From Gammaproteobacteria bacterium (GTDB lineage Bacteria; Pseudomonadota; Gammaproteobacteria; Ga0077536), in assembly GCA_963662545.2 (NCBI GenBank), contig CAXXLL010000003.1:832001-896000 (forward strand): 64,000 bases of DNA. The letters run 5' to 3'. The position numbers were made by a program, and so were the translations under genes. The notes beneath the pieces were generated by a model that worked only from the letters and a program-made list of their open reading frames with translations, was not told the origin of the DNA and searched no databases. Below, one piece after another: positions 11,724 through 22,923 of this stretch (positions are counted from its first letter, which is position 1; each line of letters begins with the position of its first letter).

Positions 11724-12274
11724 CTAGCAGGCTTGTGCGTTCGCTAATTCTAGATCGCGACGGCGTCATCAATGAGGACTCGAGGGATTTCATCCGATCT
11801 CCGGCCGATTTTCGTCCGCTTCCAGGCAGTCTTGAAGCAATCGCGCGCGCGCAAAGCGTGGGATTCCGAATAATCGTCGTAAGCAATCAGTCGGGAATCT
11901 CACGTGGCTTGTTCGACATCGCCGCCCTCAATGCAATCCATCGCCGGTTGCTCGACGATCTGGCGCGCTACGGCGCATCGATCGATGCGTTCTTCTTTTG
12001 TCCTCACGGCGCCGACGACAACTGCTTGTGCCGTAAACCGAAACCCGGGCTGCTGAAGGCGATCCAGGATCGCCTGGGAATCGATTTAGCGCAGACGGCG
12101 TTCGTTGGCGATAAAGTCAGCGATCTCACGGCTGCGGTTAAAGTCGGCGCGCGACCCCTATTGGTTCGTACCGGGCTCGACGTAATTGACGTCGAGACAT
12201 TGAGGGCTATTGGCGACATCGAGGTGTTTGACGACCTGATGGGCGCCGTGAGTGCGGTCATCGCACAATCATGA
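11720..12274 (+). CDS. gmhB: D-glycero-D-manno-heptose 1,7-bisphosphate phosphatase
   Basis: HAD motif LDRDGVIN, SNQSG, CPH..CLCRKPKPG, GDK. Confidence 0.93.
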   Translation: MTSRLVRSLILDRDGVINEDSRDFIRSPADFRPLPGSLEAIARAQSVGFRIIVVSNQSGISRGLFDIAALNAIHRRLLDDLARYGASIDAFFFCPHGADDNCLCRKPKPGLLKAIQDRLGIDLAQTAFVGDKVSDLTAAVKVGARPLLVRTGLDVIDVETLRAIGDIEVFDDLMGAVSAVIAQS

Positions 12275-12990
12275 ATCTCGCGACAATGCGTTCGTTGGTC
12301 TTCTACGCCGGGCTCGCGCCGTTGACCGTGGTTTTCAGCTTTATCGGTATTGCGATCCTGCCGCTGCCCCGGACCTGGCGTTACGCCGTCATTACGCGCT
12401 GGTCGGTACTTACCATTGCGTGGCTTCGTGTGTCATGCGGCTTGAGTTGGCACCTGAGCGGCGCACAACACATTCCCGCGGATCCGGGCGTGATCATGTG
12501 CAAGCATCAATCCGCCTGGGAAACGATCGCTTTGCAGCTCATCTTTCCCCGTCAATCCCAGGTTTTGAAACGCGAACTTTTGAGGGTGCCTTTTTTCGGT
12601 TGGGGCCTCGCCAGCCTGAACCCGATCGCCATCGACCGCGGCGCCGGATCGAAAGCCTTGCGCACCGTCCTCGCGCTCGGGAGCGAGCGGATCCAGGACG
12701 GTTGGTGGGTGCTGTTATTCCCGGAGGGAACGCGCATACCGGTGGGCGATAAAGGGCGCTATACGCAAACTGGCGGCGCCCTGGCGCTGCGCTGCGGAAG
12801 GCCTGTCGTTCCTGTCGCGCACAACGCGGGAATTTTCTGGGCGCGAAACGCGCTGACCAAGTACCCCGGTACGATCGAAGTCGTCGTCGGGCCACCTATA
12901 GATACGGACGGCAAATCGACAAAACTCATAACGCAGGAGGTAGAAGCCTGGATTGAAAACACCTGCAGTGAACTGCCCAGTACCCGCTGA
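12271..12990 (+). CDS. plsC: 1-acyl-sn-glycerol-3-phosphate acyltransferase
   Basis: KHQSAWET, FPEGTR motifs; conserved glyQS-gmhB-plsC order. Confidence 0.9.
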   Translation: MNLATMRSLVFYAGLAPLTVVFSFIGIAILPLPRTWRYAVITRWSVLTIAWLRVSCGLSWHLSGAQHIPADPGVIMCKHQSAWETIALQLIFPRQSQVLKRELLRVPFFGWGLASLNPIAIDRGAGSKALRTVLALGSERIQDGWWVLLFPEGTRIPVGDKGRYTQTGGALALRCGRPVVPVAHNAGIFWARNALTKYPGTIEVVVGPPIDTDGKSTKLITQEVEAWIENTCSELPSTR

Positions 12991-13019
12991 TCCGTACGCG
13001 GGCGTATCAAGCCATCTAA

Positions 13020-13182
13020 GCAACCTCTGAATAAGTTATGGCACACCTGCCTTGCCCATGAAATCGCGGAGCCTTAACCGACGAATCTTGCCAATAGTTC
13101 CCGCTATGGCCTGCGATTCGTGCCTTGATCGGCACGATTTCATGCACCATTCACCCGCACCATAAACTTACTCAGAGGTTCC
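13020..13182. mobile_element. MITE family B, copy 1 (163 bp)
   Basis: TIRs GCAACCTCTGAATAAG / CTTACTCAGAGGTTCC; CTAA on both flanks; inverted homolog at 45623-45784. Confidence 0.82.
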
Positions 13183-13370
13183 CTAAGTCGAGCACGCCGC
13201 GTTGCAGTGTGGGAAACGATGGCCGGCGCAGGACAGTGGTGAGAAATTCGCAGTAGACGCGAAGCCCGGCGATGCCTGGCATTGTGATGCCTGTTTCAGC
13301 TACGGGGATGTGGTCAAATAGTACCGCAAGCCCGTCATGGGCCCGGCTCCTTTATTTCGAGGCCGAATGA

Positions 13371-14387
<1,017 letters not shown>

Positions 14388-14414
14388 TCGCCGCATTTGG
14401 AGCTCGGATGGCCC

Positions 14415-15824
14415 CTATACGTCCAACGCCAGTTCCTTAATCTTTCGCGTCAGGGTATTGCGTCCCCAGCCCAGCAACTTCGCTGCCTCCTGACGTCGTC
14501 CGTGCGTCGTATTGAGGGCGACGCGAATCATTGCACTCTCAAAGCGCGGAACGGCTTCGTCGAGTATCGGCGTATCCGTATTTTTGAGCCGCCGCTCCGC
14601 CCACCGTCTTAGTGCGGATTCCCAGTCCTCGCCATCATTGCTACCGGTATGGGACCCCGTCAGTAATTCGTGCGGTAGGTCCTCACGCTCGATCTCACGC
14701 GAGGGTGCCATGATCATGATTCGCCGGCAGACGTTTTCGAGCTCCCGGACGTTTCCCGGCCAGTCGAAATTGCGCATGACTTCCAACGCGCCAGGCGTCA
14801 AACGTTTGGGATCGACATCGAGTTCCGCTGCAGTCGTGCGCAGAAAATGTTCGGCCAGCGCCTCAAGGTCGTCCGTTCGCTGGCGTAAAGCGGGAAGTTC
14901 CAGGCGAATCACGTTTAGGCGGTGAAACAGATCTTCGCGAAATTCGCCGGCGCGAACGCGATCTTCGAGGTACTGGTGGGTCGCTGCGATCACGCGTACA
15001 TCCACGCGTATGGGTTCGTGCCCACCGACCCGGTAAAATTCACCGTCAGCCAGTACACGCAATAGCCGCGTTTGAAGTTCCGCCGGCATATCGCCGATCT
15101 CGTCCAGGAATAAGGTTCCTCCATCGCCCTGTTCGAAACGTCCGATACGCCGCCCGGCCGCCCCGGTAAAAGCACCTTTTTCGTGGCCGAAAAGCTCCGA
15201 TTCCAATAGATCGCGGGGGATCGCGGCCGTATTCAACGCGATGAATGGTTTCATGGCGCGTGGACTGTGTCGATGGAGTGCGCGTGCGACGAGTTCCTTG
15301 CCGCTACCCGATTCACCGGTGAGCAGGACCGTCATGTTCGAATTTGCCAACCGCCCGATCGCACGAAACACTTCCTGCATGGCGGCCGACGAGCCGATGA
15401 TTTCGGGAACTTCAGCGGCCTCCTCCAAGGTCAACGGCGTACCCGGCACCTCCGTCGATTTTCGCAAGGCCCGCTTGACGATCGCGATAACCTCGTCCAC
15501 ATCGAATGGTTTCGGCAGATATTCGAACGCACCACCGCGAAATGACGCCACGGCCCGATCCAAATCGGCGTAGGCCGTCATAATTATCACGGGCAGGTGA
15601 GGATGTTCACTCTGAACGTGCTCCAGCAGGCGCAGACCATCCGTACCGGGCATTCGAATGTCCGTAATGATCACATCCGGTTCGAATTTCCTGAGTCTCG
15701 TCACAACTTTGTCCGCCGTGTCGAAACTGCGGGTCGCGATATGTTCTTTCTCAAGGGCGCGTTCGAGAACCCAGCGAATCGCTTTATCGTCGTCAACGAT
15801 CCACACTTCGTGTTGTCGATTCAC
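14415..15824 (-). CDS. glnG: Nitrogen regulation response regulator NtrC
   Basis: Receiver domain, GESGSGKE, GAFTGA, C-terminal HTH GWGRNTLTRK. Confidence 0.97.
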   Translation of the reverse strand: MNRQHEVWIVDDDKAIRWVLERALEKEHIATRSFDTADKVVTRLRKFEPDVIITDIRMPGTDGLRLLEHVQSEHPHLPVIIMTAYADLDRAVASFRGGAFEYLPKPFDVDEVIAIVKRALRKSTEVPGTPLTLEEAAEVPEIIGSSAAMQEVFRAIGRLANSNMTVLLTGESGSGKELVARALHRHSPRAMKPFIALNTAAIPRDLLESELFGHEKGAFTGAAGRRIGRFEQGDGGTLFLDEIGDMPAELQTRLLRVLADGEFYRVGGHEPIRVDVRVIAATHQYLEDRVRAGEFREDLFHRLNVIRLELPALRQRTDDLEALAEHFLRTTAAELDVDPKRLTPGALEVMRNFDWPGNVRELENVCRRIMIMAPSREIEREDLPHELLTGSHTGSNDGEDWESALRRWAERRLKNTDTPILDEAVPRFESAMIRVALNTTHGRRQEAAKLLGWGRNTLTRKIKELALDV

Positions 15825-16903
15825 TCTGGCACCCCAACCGGTAACCAGACCGAAAATACGGTATAGCCGGGCTCGCTTTCGAAGCCGATCAGACCGCCTT
15901 GCCGGTGTACCAGTGAATGCGCAATGGGAAGTCCCAGACCCGATCCGTCCGCTCTGCCCGATACCAATGGTATGAATATGCTGCTCGCGATCTCGGGGTC
16001 GACACCCGGTCCGAAGTCGATGATCTGCGCCCGTATGACGAGTCGGTGCAGCTTCGAGTCGATCGTAAACTGGCGGTCGACACGCGTTCGCAAAGTGATG
16101 GATTCACCACGACCCTCGACTGCTTGTACAGCATTCCGAACGAGATTGAGGAAAGCCTGGACGAGCTGATCTCGATCCGCGTGAATATCCGGGAGGCTTG
16201 GGTCATAGTCGCGGATGAACTCCACAGATGATTCACGCTCCGCCTCGACGATCTGGCGCACGTGTTCCAGTACGTCGTGAATATTGATCAACTGTTTGAT
16301 CGATTCACCCCGCGGCCCGAGCATGCGATCGACCAGCGTACGCAATCGGTCGGCTTCGCCGATGATTATCTGCGTGTATTCGGCCTGTTTTTGATCTTCG
16401 AGCTCTTTCTCCAACAATTGGGCTGCACCTCGAATGCCACCCAGTGGGTTTTTAATTTCATGGGCCAGACCGCGTAGCAGTGCACTGGTGACGTCGTTCT
16501 GCATGGACATATTGCCCTCGATTTGGGTGCGCTGATGGTGCTCTACATTGGTCATCTCGATCACCACGTAATCGGGTTCGGAATGCTCATGCCACAACGG
16601 GGTGACGGTGTAGCCCACAGTCGCGGTATTGAATCGCGTATTGCGCAGCGCCATGTCCCATTCCGTGAACGATCGACCCTCGTCCAACGCCCGCCGTGCT
16701 GCATCCGCCAGTTCATCGGCGCCCGGCAAGACGTCTTTCAACGATTGCTGTTTGAGCTTGGTTTCGCTGATCGCGAACAGTGACTGCGCAGCGGCGTTGA
16801 CTCTGACCAGGCGCAAATCCCGGTCGAGCAGGATGACTACCGTGATCAGGGCATCGACGAGGTCGAAGTCCGGATTCTGGCAGGCTTCAAGCTGGTCAAT
16901 CAT
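15821..16903 (-). CDS. glnL: Nitrogen regulation sensor kinase NtrB
   Basis: PAS domain, LAHEIKNPLGGIRGAAQLL, GSGLGL. Confidence 0.96.
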   Translation of the reverse strand: MIDQLEACQNPDFDLVDALITVVILLDRDLRLVRVNAAAQSLFAISETKLKQQSLKDVLPGADELADAARRALDEGRSFTEWDMALRNTRFNTATVGYTVTPLWHEHSEPDYVVIEMTNVEHHQRTQIEGNMSMQNDVTSALLRGLAHEIKNPLGGIRGAAQLLEKELEDQKQAEYTQIIIGEADRLRTLVDRMLGPRGESIKQLINIHDVLEHVRQIVEAERESSVEFIRDYDPSLPDIHADRDQLVQAFLNLVRNAVQAVEGRGESITLRTRVDRQFTIDSKLHRLVIRAQIIDFGPGVDPEIASSIFIPLVSGRADGSGLGLPIAHSLVHRQGGLIGFESEPGYTVFSVWLPVGVPE

Positions 16904-16905
16904 TA

Positions 16906-16922
16906 TGCACTATTTTGGTGCG
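16906..16922. promoter_or_regulatory. NtrC binding site directly upstream of glnL
   Basis: TGCACTATTTTGGTGCG versus consensus TGCACCA-N3-TGGTGCA. Confidence 0.8.
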
Positions 16923-17069
16923 AAGGGTCCGCGCGACTCGATTGGCGAACCAACGGCGACAAAATTTGGAACCAATAATCAAACAGTTAAGGGGCGGGTA
17001 GGCCCGCGTCCGAGGGTCACGGCTACGCCTTGCCCCGCTTACCAAGCGCGTTGCAAGAATCGGACCAAA

Positions 17070-17603
17070 TCAGCGCGCTTGCGTGGGGTTCACGATGGAG
17101 TGCTTGTGCAGAAAGAATACGCTGGCGCTGGACCGCTTCAGTTCGCGCCCGGAACGATTAAAAACCGCGGCCTGGAGCTCGTGCGCGCCACGTTCGACTT
17201 CCTCCAGCACGAATTGTGTCGCCTCGCCCGGCTGGCCAAACGGCGCACCGTCGACATAAAGCTGGACTTCATGGCCGAAAGTTGTCTGCAAGCCCGGTGA
17301 AAGAGACACGCTTACGGTGACCGACTGGACATTACGCAGCGTCTCCTCATGCGGTGGACTCGCGATCGCAATGGTCTCGTAAGGCACGGCGGCGGCTTGC
17401 GTATTCGAATACGCATCACTCCACTGCCTCGGCGGCTTGTATGCTGGAACGATCGTCGTTTCGAGGAGCTCGATCGCTTCGGCGCCCTCGCGCGGCGTGT
17501 CGGAGAAGATCACGTTGCCATCCTCGTCGACGTACCGGTAAACCTCGGCGTGGGCGGCCACCGCGGTGGTCAGCAGTAATACAGTAACCATTCGATAGAG
17601 CAT
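17070..17603 (-). CDS. DUF4124 domain secreted protein
   Basis: Signal peptide then EVYRYVDEDGNVIFSDTP; common position between glnA and glnL. Confidence 0.85.
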   Translation of the reverse strand: MLYRMVTVLLLTTAVAAHAEVYRYVDEDGNVIFSDTPREGAEAIELLETTIVPAYKPPRQWSDAYSNTQAAAVPYETIAIASPPHEETLRNVQSVTVSVSLSPGLQTTFGHEVQLYVDGAPFGQPGEATQFVLEEVERGAHELQAAVFNRSGRELKRSSASVFFLHKHSIVNPTQAR

Positions 17604-17670
17604 GATGAAAACCTATCTCAAAATTATCCAAAGTTTATCCCTGCTAGACAGAAAATCCAGTAACCCGTTC

Positions 17671-17698
17671 AAAAAAAAGCCCCCGAAACGGAGGCTTT
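17671..17698 (-). terminator. Rho-independent terminator of glnA
   Basis: Minus strand AAAGCCTCCG-TTT-CGGGGGC followed by T8. Confidence 0.8.
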
Positions 17699-17720
17699 GC
17701 GAAAATCACGTGCAGCGCCG

Positions 17721-19130
17721 CTAGACGCTGTAATACATGTCGAATTCGACCGGATGCGTCGTCATACGCAAAGTGTTGACTTCTTCCATCTTGAGATCGA
17801 TGTAGGCATCGATTGTGTCATCTGATAAGACCCCCCCTGCCGTTAGGAATTCCCGATCGCCGTCCAAGGCCTCGAGCGCCTGGTCGAGTGCATAACACAC
17901 GGTCGGAATGCCCTGCTCTTCCTCCGGCGTGAGATCGTAGAAATCCTTGTCGAGCGGCGAGCCGGGATCGATCTTGTTCAAGATCCCGTCGATGCCGGCC
18001 ATCATCATTGATATGAATGTAAAGTAGGGATTGCCTGCAGAGTCGGGGAAACGGACCTCCAAGCGTCGCCCCTTGGGGTTGGAATCCCAGGGAATGCGTA
18101 TCCCGGCCGAGCGATTTCGTGCTGAATAAGCCAGCATTGTCGGCGCCTCGAACCCTGGCACCAGACGCTTGTAGCTGTTCGTCGTAGCATTGGTAAACGC
18201 GTTCAATGCGCGCGCGTGCTTGATGATGCCACCGATGTAATGCAGCGCGGTTTCGGAAATGTCGCCGTACTCGGCGCCGGCGAACAGGTTCTTGCCGCCT
18301 TTGAAAAGCGACTGGTGGACGTGCATGCCGTTGCCGTTGTCGCCGACCAGCGGTTTCGGCATGAAAGTCGCCGTTTTACCGTAGCCATGCGCCACGTTGT
18401 GAATGACGTATTTGAGAATCTGCAAACCGTCTGCGCCGCGGACCAGCGTGTTGAATTTGGTACCAATTTCGCATTGCCCCGCCGTTGCCACCTCGTGATG
18501 ATGGACCTCGGTTTCCAAGCCCATCTCGTCCATGATGAGACACATCGTGGATCGGATGTCCTGCAGGGAATCAACCGGCGGTACGGGGAAGTATCCGCCT
18601 TTGACACCAGGACGGTGGCCGATATTGCCGTCCTCGAATACCTTTCCTGAAGCCCAGGAGCTTTCGTCGGATTCGATCGCATAGAACGCGCCGCTCATCT
18701 CGGCCCCAAAGCGCACGTCGTCAAAGACGAAGAACTCGGGCTCGGGTCCGAAATACGCGGTGTCGCCGACACCCGACGATTTGAGGTAGGCTTCGGCGCG
18801 TTTCGCCGCGGAGCGCGGGCATCGTGCATAACCTTCGCCAGTCGTTGGCTCGACGACATCGCAGCGAATGTTCAGCGTCCGTTCTTCGTAGAACGGATCC
18901 ATGACTGCCGTATCGGGATCCGGCATGAGCATCATGTCGGACTCGTGGATACCTTTCCAACCGGCGATCGATGAACCGTCGAACATCTTGCCGTTTTCGA
19001 AGAAACCCTCGTCAACGACGCGCGCGGGCACGGAGACATGCTGCTCTTTGCCCTTCGTATCGGTAAAGCGGATATCAATAAATTGGACGTCTTCGTCCTT
19101 GATTGTTTTTAGAATATTCTCAACTGACAT
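17721..19130 (-). CDS. glnA: Glutamine synthetase type I
   Basis: [34 protein letters not shown], adenylylation loop DKDFYDL; GGAGG RBS before ATG 19130. Confidence 0.98.
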   Translation of the reverse strand: MSVENILKTIKDEDVQFIDIRFTDTKGKEQHVSVPARVVDEGFFENGKMFDGSSIAGWKGIHESDMMLMPDPDTAVMDPFYEERTLNIRCDVVEPTTGEGYARCPRSAAKRAEAYLKSSGVGDTAYFGPEPEFFVFDDVRFGAEMSGAFYAIESDESSWASGKVFEDGNIGHRPGVKGGYFPVPPVDSLQDIRSTMCLIMDEMGLETEVHHHEVATAGQCEIGTKFNTLVRGADGLQILKYVIHNVAHGYGKTATFMPKPLVGDNGNGMHVHQSLFKGGKNLFAGAEYGDISETALHYIGGIIKHARALNAFTNATTNSYKRLVPGFEAPTMLAYSARNRSAGIRIPWDSNPKGRRLEVRFPDSAGNPYFTFISMMMAGIDGILNKIDPGSPLDKDFYDLTPEEEQGIPTVCYALDQALEALDGDREFLTAGGVLSDDTIDAYIDLKMEEVNTLRMTTHPVEFDMYYSV

Positions 19131-19252
19131 CGGGTAATCCTCCAACCTTCCAAATCCATTAATTCCGGGTCGCTGTCCCCCTGACCGCCTTGCGCTGGCC
19201 GATCTTCGCGCAACCGCCCGTGGCTAATGCGGCCTCCTGTGCGCCATTGGCG

Positions 19253-19269
19253 AGCACAATGCGTGCCAA
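19253..19269 (-). promoter_or_regulatory. Sigma54 -24/-12 promoter of glnA
   Basis: Minus strand TTGGCACGCATTGTGCT (GG-N10-GC). Confidence 0.8.
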
Positions 19270-19317
19270 TGGTAACCTATTGAATCTGCGGGCCGGCGGG
19301 CATTCAAACCCGATGCT

Positions 19318-19365
19318 TGCACCATTTTGCGACGTTACCGGCGCCTGACGCACTTTTTTAGCGCG
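19318..19365. promoter_or_regulatory. Two putative NtrC enhancer sites upstream of the glnA sigma54 promoter
   Basis: TGCACCATTTTGCGACG (19318) and CGCACTTTTTTAGCGCG (19349), 31 bp apart. Confidence 0.6.
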
Positions 19366-19367
19366 AA

Positions 19368-20618
19368 CTAGCTGATCAGACAATCCTGTTCACTCGCCAG
19401 CATGCCGGATACCGTCTCCCGCGACCGTATGATCTTGAAGCCATCGGTATCGATCAATACCTCAGGTGGCCGCAGTCTTGCATTGTAGTTCGACGTCATG
19501 ACGAAGCCATACGCACCGGTTCCCATGATTGCGAGCAAATCGCCGGGCGCGGCATTAAGCTCTCGTTGTCGGGCAAGCCAATCACCGGTCTCGCAAACCG
19601 GTCCGACGAGGTCGCAGACGAGCGCTTCGTTACCGGCAGATTTTTCGGTCACCGGCAGGATGTCATGCCATGCGTCATAGAGGGCCGGCCGGATGAGGTC
19701 GTTCATCGCAGCATCGACTATGACGAAGTTTTTAGCTTCGGTGCGTTTCAAATATTCGACGCGCGTGAGCAGCAATCCGGCCTCCCCAACGAGCGAACGT
19801 CCCGGTTCAAGCGCTACTGAATAATGCGCCGGGATCTCGGCACAAATCGCTTTCACGAATGCATCGATTTCAGGCGGGCGTTCGTCGCTGTAGCGTATAC
19901 CGAGTCCGCCTCCAACATCGACATGATCGAGTTCGATACCGATAGCCCGAAGATCTTCGGCGAGTTCAACGATCTGGCGCGCAGCATCGACCACCGGACC
20001 GACTGATACCAACTGCGAGCCGATGTGGCTGGCGATACCGACGGGTTCCAACCACGGATCGTCAGCGGCAGCCTGGTAGATATCACGTACTTCGCCCAAG
20101 GGGACGCCAAACTTGTTTTCCCTGAGCCCGGTCGAGATATAGGGATGGGTTCCCGGATCGATATCCGGATTGACCCGGACACTGATGGAGGCGAGCCGAT
20201 CGAATGCCTTCGCGGCACTCGAAATTCGCTCGAGTTCCGCAAGTGACTCCACGTTGATGCAGGCGACACCCACCTCGATCGCCCGGGCGATTTCATCACG
20301 TGTTTTCCCGACCCCGGAAAACACCACGTCTTCGGCACGGGCACCGGCCGCCAGCACACGCTCCAACTCTCCGCCGGAAACGATATCGAAACCGGCGCCC
20401 AAGCGGCTGAGCAGCCGGATGATCGAAAGGTTTCCATTGGCCTTTACCGAATAACAGATCTGGTGGTCGCGGCCACTGAAACCCGCGTCATAGGCGCGCC
20501 AGCGCGCCTCGATCATCGCCCTGGAATATACGTAGCAAGGCGTCCCCACAGCTGCGGCGATCTCGGCCAGGTCCGTACCGTCTACATGGAGACGCCTTTC
20601 ACGATACTCGTGGCGCAT
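19368..20618 (-). CDS. lysA: Diaminopimelate decarboxylase
   Basis: YSVKAN (PLP lysine), HIGSQ, GGGLG, EPGR, GPVCETGD. Confidence 0.96.
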   Translation of the reverse strand: MRHEYRERRLHVDGTDLAEIAAAVGTPCYVYSRAMIEARWRAYDAGFSGRDHQICYSVKANGNLSIIRLLSRLGAGFDIVSGGELERVLAAGARAEDVVFSGVGKTRDEIARAIEVGVACINVESLAELERISSAAKAFDRLASISVRVNPDIDPGTHPYISTGLRENKFGVPLGEVRDIYQAAADDPWLEPVGIASHIGSQLVSVGPVVDAARQIVELAEDLRAIGIELDHVDVGGGLGIRYSDERPPEIDAFVKAICAEIPAHYSVALEPGRSLVGEAGLLLTRVEYLKRTEAKNFVIVDAAMNDLIRPALYDAWHDILPVTEKSAGNEALVCDLVGPVCETGDWLARQRELNAAPGDLLAIMGTGAYGFVMTSNYNARLRPPEVLIDTDGFKIIRSRETVSGMLASEQDCLIS

Positions 20619-20755
20619 ATTGGAACCTCTGGTTCGTTCCGGATCGGGTTCAGGCGGATGTTTGTCCCCGCAACCGTTGCGGGTGCGCGCAGTGTAGCGG
20701 CAACACCATCAGTGGGCGACAACGATGTGCGTGCGCGGCCCCTCGACTCGGTGCC

Positions 20756-20884
20756 TCAGCGTCGGTATTCCTGGTATTTGTCCGGGTGATACAAGTCACC
20801 CTTTTGTCCGCAGCCAACGAGTCCCACTGTGGATCCAAACACCAGCGCCAGGAAGAGCAGACCTATCAGAACGGACTTACGCAT
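20756..20884 (-). CDS. lptM: Small lipoprotein LptM (YifL/LppL family), 42 aa
   Basis: Manual translation MRKSVLIGLLFLALVFGSTVGLVGCGQKGDLYHPDKYQEYRR; lipobox LVGC plus CGQKGDLY; sits upstream of lysA. Confidence 0.85.
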   Translation of the reverse strand: MRKSVLIGLLFLALVFGSTVGLVGCGQKGDLYHPDKYQEYRR

Positions 20885-20950
20885 AGCGGTGAGGTGGTTC
20901 CTGCAAGATCAGGGTCCGGGAATGATAATAAGTTCGACGCGACGCGCCTA

Positions 20951-20987
20951 GCAGCCTGTCGAAAAACGGGGTTTTTCACCAGCCCGC
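20951..20987. repeat. Collapsed MITE-like hairpin with a family-A left end
   Basis: CTA|GCAGCCTGTCGAAAAAC-GGG-GTTTTTCACCAGCCCGC. Confidence 0.5.
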
Positions 20988-21012
20988 TGCCGCGGAATAT
21001 GAGCTGAGAAGC

Positions 21013-22293
21013 TCAATGCGTCCTTCGTCCCGGCCGGTTTCCCCGGCGCCGCGACGAGCGTCGCCGATTTCCTTCCCGAGGCGGGCGGCCGTCGTCACCC
21101 TTAGGCGGTTGCAAATCGATCAGCAGGTCTTCGCTAACCTGGGCGATCGGAATCTTGTGGCCGAGAAATTCTTCAATACTTTCCAAGGAAAAAACATAAG
21201 CTTCGCACACCAGGCTGATGGCATCGCCGCCTGCACCGGCCCGCGCGGTCCGTCCGATACGGTGTACGTAGTCCTCACCATTCTGAGGAAGATCGAAATT
21301 GACCACGTGGCTCACATCGGGGATGTGCAAGCCGCGGGCGGCGACATCCGTGGCCACGACGATGTCCACTTCCCCCGTCTTGAACTGTTCGATGAGACGC
21401 TGCCGCTTACTCTGAATCACGTCTCCGGACAAAGCGCGAGCGTGAAAACCATTACCCTTGAAATAGGCGACGACGTCGGCCACCGCTCGTTTCGTGTTCA
21501 CGAACACCAGGGAACGGCTTGGGTCGAGATGTTTGAACAAACCGATCAGCAAAGACATCTTTTGCTCGGAACCGACGTGGTACAACGACTGGACGACTTT
21601 ATCCGCTGTACGCTTGTCCGGCGCTATCTCGACAACCTGGGGGTTATTCATGTGCTCGTAGGCGAGTTCATTAACGCGCAAGGATAGTGTCGCCGAGTAC
21701 AACATGCTCAGGCGCTTGGTCGGATGAGGGGTGCGGCGCAGCAGAAAGCGAAGATCCTTGATGAACCCGAGGTCGAACATGCGATCGGCTTCGTCAAGCA
21801 CGAGCGAATTAATCCCTTTTAGTGAGTAGACACCCTGTTTGAAATAATCGATCAAGCGACCTGGCGTTCCGATGAGAATATCGACGCCATCGGTCACCTG
21901 TTCACGTTGCTTTTCGTAGTCGACGCCGCCATAAACGAGCGCCAGCCTCAAATCGGTATGGGCGCCGATCGTCTGCGCGTCTTTGTAAATCTGAATTGCG
22001 AGTTCACGCGTCGGTGCCAGGATCAATGCCGCCGGCGCGGTACGGTCGTCGATAACGCCGCCCGCTCCTTGCTCGCCGAGCAGTCGATTCATGATCGCAA
22101 GCAGGTAAGCGGCGGTCTTTCCAGTGCCCGTCTGCGCCTGACCAGCAACATCCCGTCCTTCCAGCAGCAATGGCAGTGTGCGCGCCTGAATTGGGGTGCA
22201 AAACTGAAACCCCGCGTCATCCAGCCCCTGGATCAGGCGTTTATCAAGTGGGAGATCAGTAAACTGGACTTCTGTGATGAGATCGCCTCTCAC
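21013..22293 (-). CDS. rhlB: DEAD-box RNA helicase RhlB
   Basis: AQTGTGKT, DEAD, SAT, HRIGRTAR, Arg-rich tail; divergent from trxA. Confidence 0.93.
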   Translation of the reverse strand: MRGDLITEVQFTDLPLDKRLIQGLDDAGFQFCTPIQARTLPLLLEGRDVAGQAQTGTGKTAAYLLAIMNRLLGEQGAGGVIDDRTAPAALILAPTRELAIQIYKDAQTIGAHTDLRLALVYGGVDYEKQREQVTDGVDILIGTPGRLIDYFKQGVYSLKGINSLVLDEADRMFDLGFIKDLRFLLRRTPHPTKRLSMLYSATLSLRVNELAYEHMNNPQVVEIAPDKRTADKVVQSLYHVGSEQKMSLLIGLFKHLDPSRSLVFVNTKRAVADVVAYFKGNGFHARALSGDVIQSKRQRLIEQFKTGEVDIVVATDVAARGLHIPDVSHVVNFDLPQNGEDYVHRIGRTARAGAGGDAISLVCEAYVFSLESIEEFLGHKIPIAQVSEDLLIDLQPPKGDDGRPPREGNRRRSSRRRGNRPGRRTH

Positions 22294-22394
22294 CGGGTCT
22301 TCTCCGGTAAGATCGAGCCATTCTCAAGCTTGCATTTGTGTTTCGGTTCGGTCGAAAATGCAGTCGTCACAATATTCGTGAGATAAACCCCTAG

Positions 22395-22721
22395 ATGAGC
22401 GAAAACTTAATCCACGTTACCGATGAATCTTTCGATTCGGACGTATTGCAGTCCGAAACGCCAGTTCTCGTAGACTACTGGGCGGAATGGTGCGGCCCAT
22501 GCAAAATGATAGCGCCAATTCTCGACGAGGTCTCATCGGAATACACCGACAAACTCAGAATTGCCAAGCTCGATGTCGACCAGAATCAGGCCACCTCTAT
22601 GAAGTATGGTATCCGCGGCGTTCCAACTTTGATGCTGTTCAAGGAAGGCAATATCGTGGCAACCCATGTGGGCGCCCTAACGAAATCGCAACTCACGGCA
22701 TTCATAGACGGTAACGTTTAA
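22395..22721 (+). CDS. trxA: Thioredoxin 1
   Basis: WCGPC; rhlB-trxA-rho synteny. Confidence 0.98.
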   Translation: MSENLIHVTDESFDSDVLQSETPVLVDYWAEWCGPCKMIAPILDEVSSEYTDKLRIAKLDVDQNQATSMKYGIRGVPTLMLFKEGNIVATHVGALTKSQLTAFIDGNV

Positions 22722-22731
22722 TCGAGATTAT

Positions 22732-22763
22732 CGTATCACCGGCGGCCTGCCGCCGGTGATACG
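22732..22763. other. Perfect 15-bp hairpin between trxA and rho
   Basis: CGTATCACCGGCGGC-CT-GCCGCCGGTGATACG; no U-tract, so possibly a stabilising or pause hairpin. Confidence 0.6.
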
Positions 22764-22923
22764 TCTCAAACCGGGGTAGACGCCACTCAAGTTGCGTGCT
22801 ATCTTTTCCAATGTAGATCCAAGCGACCTGCCCGGATCTGATCTCCACTGAATATTTCTTGTTTTTTCCGCTTTCGCGCATCGCGTGGCCAACGCGTGAC
22901 TTACACCACACACCAACTCCAAG

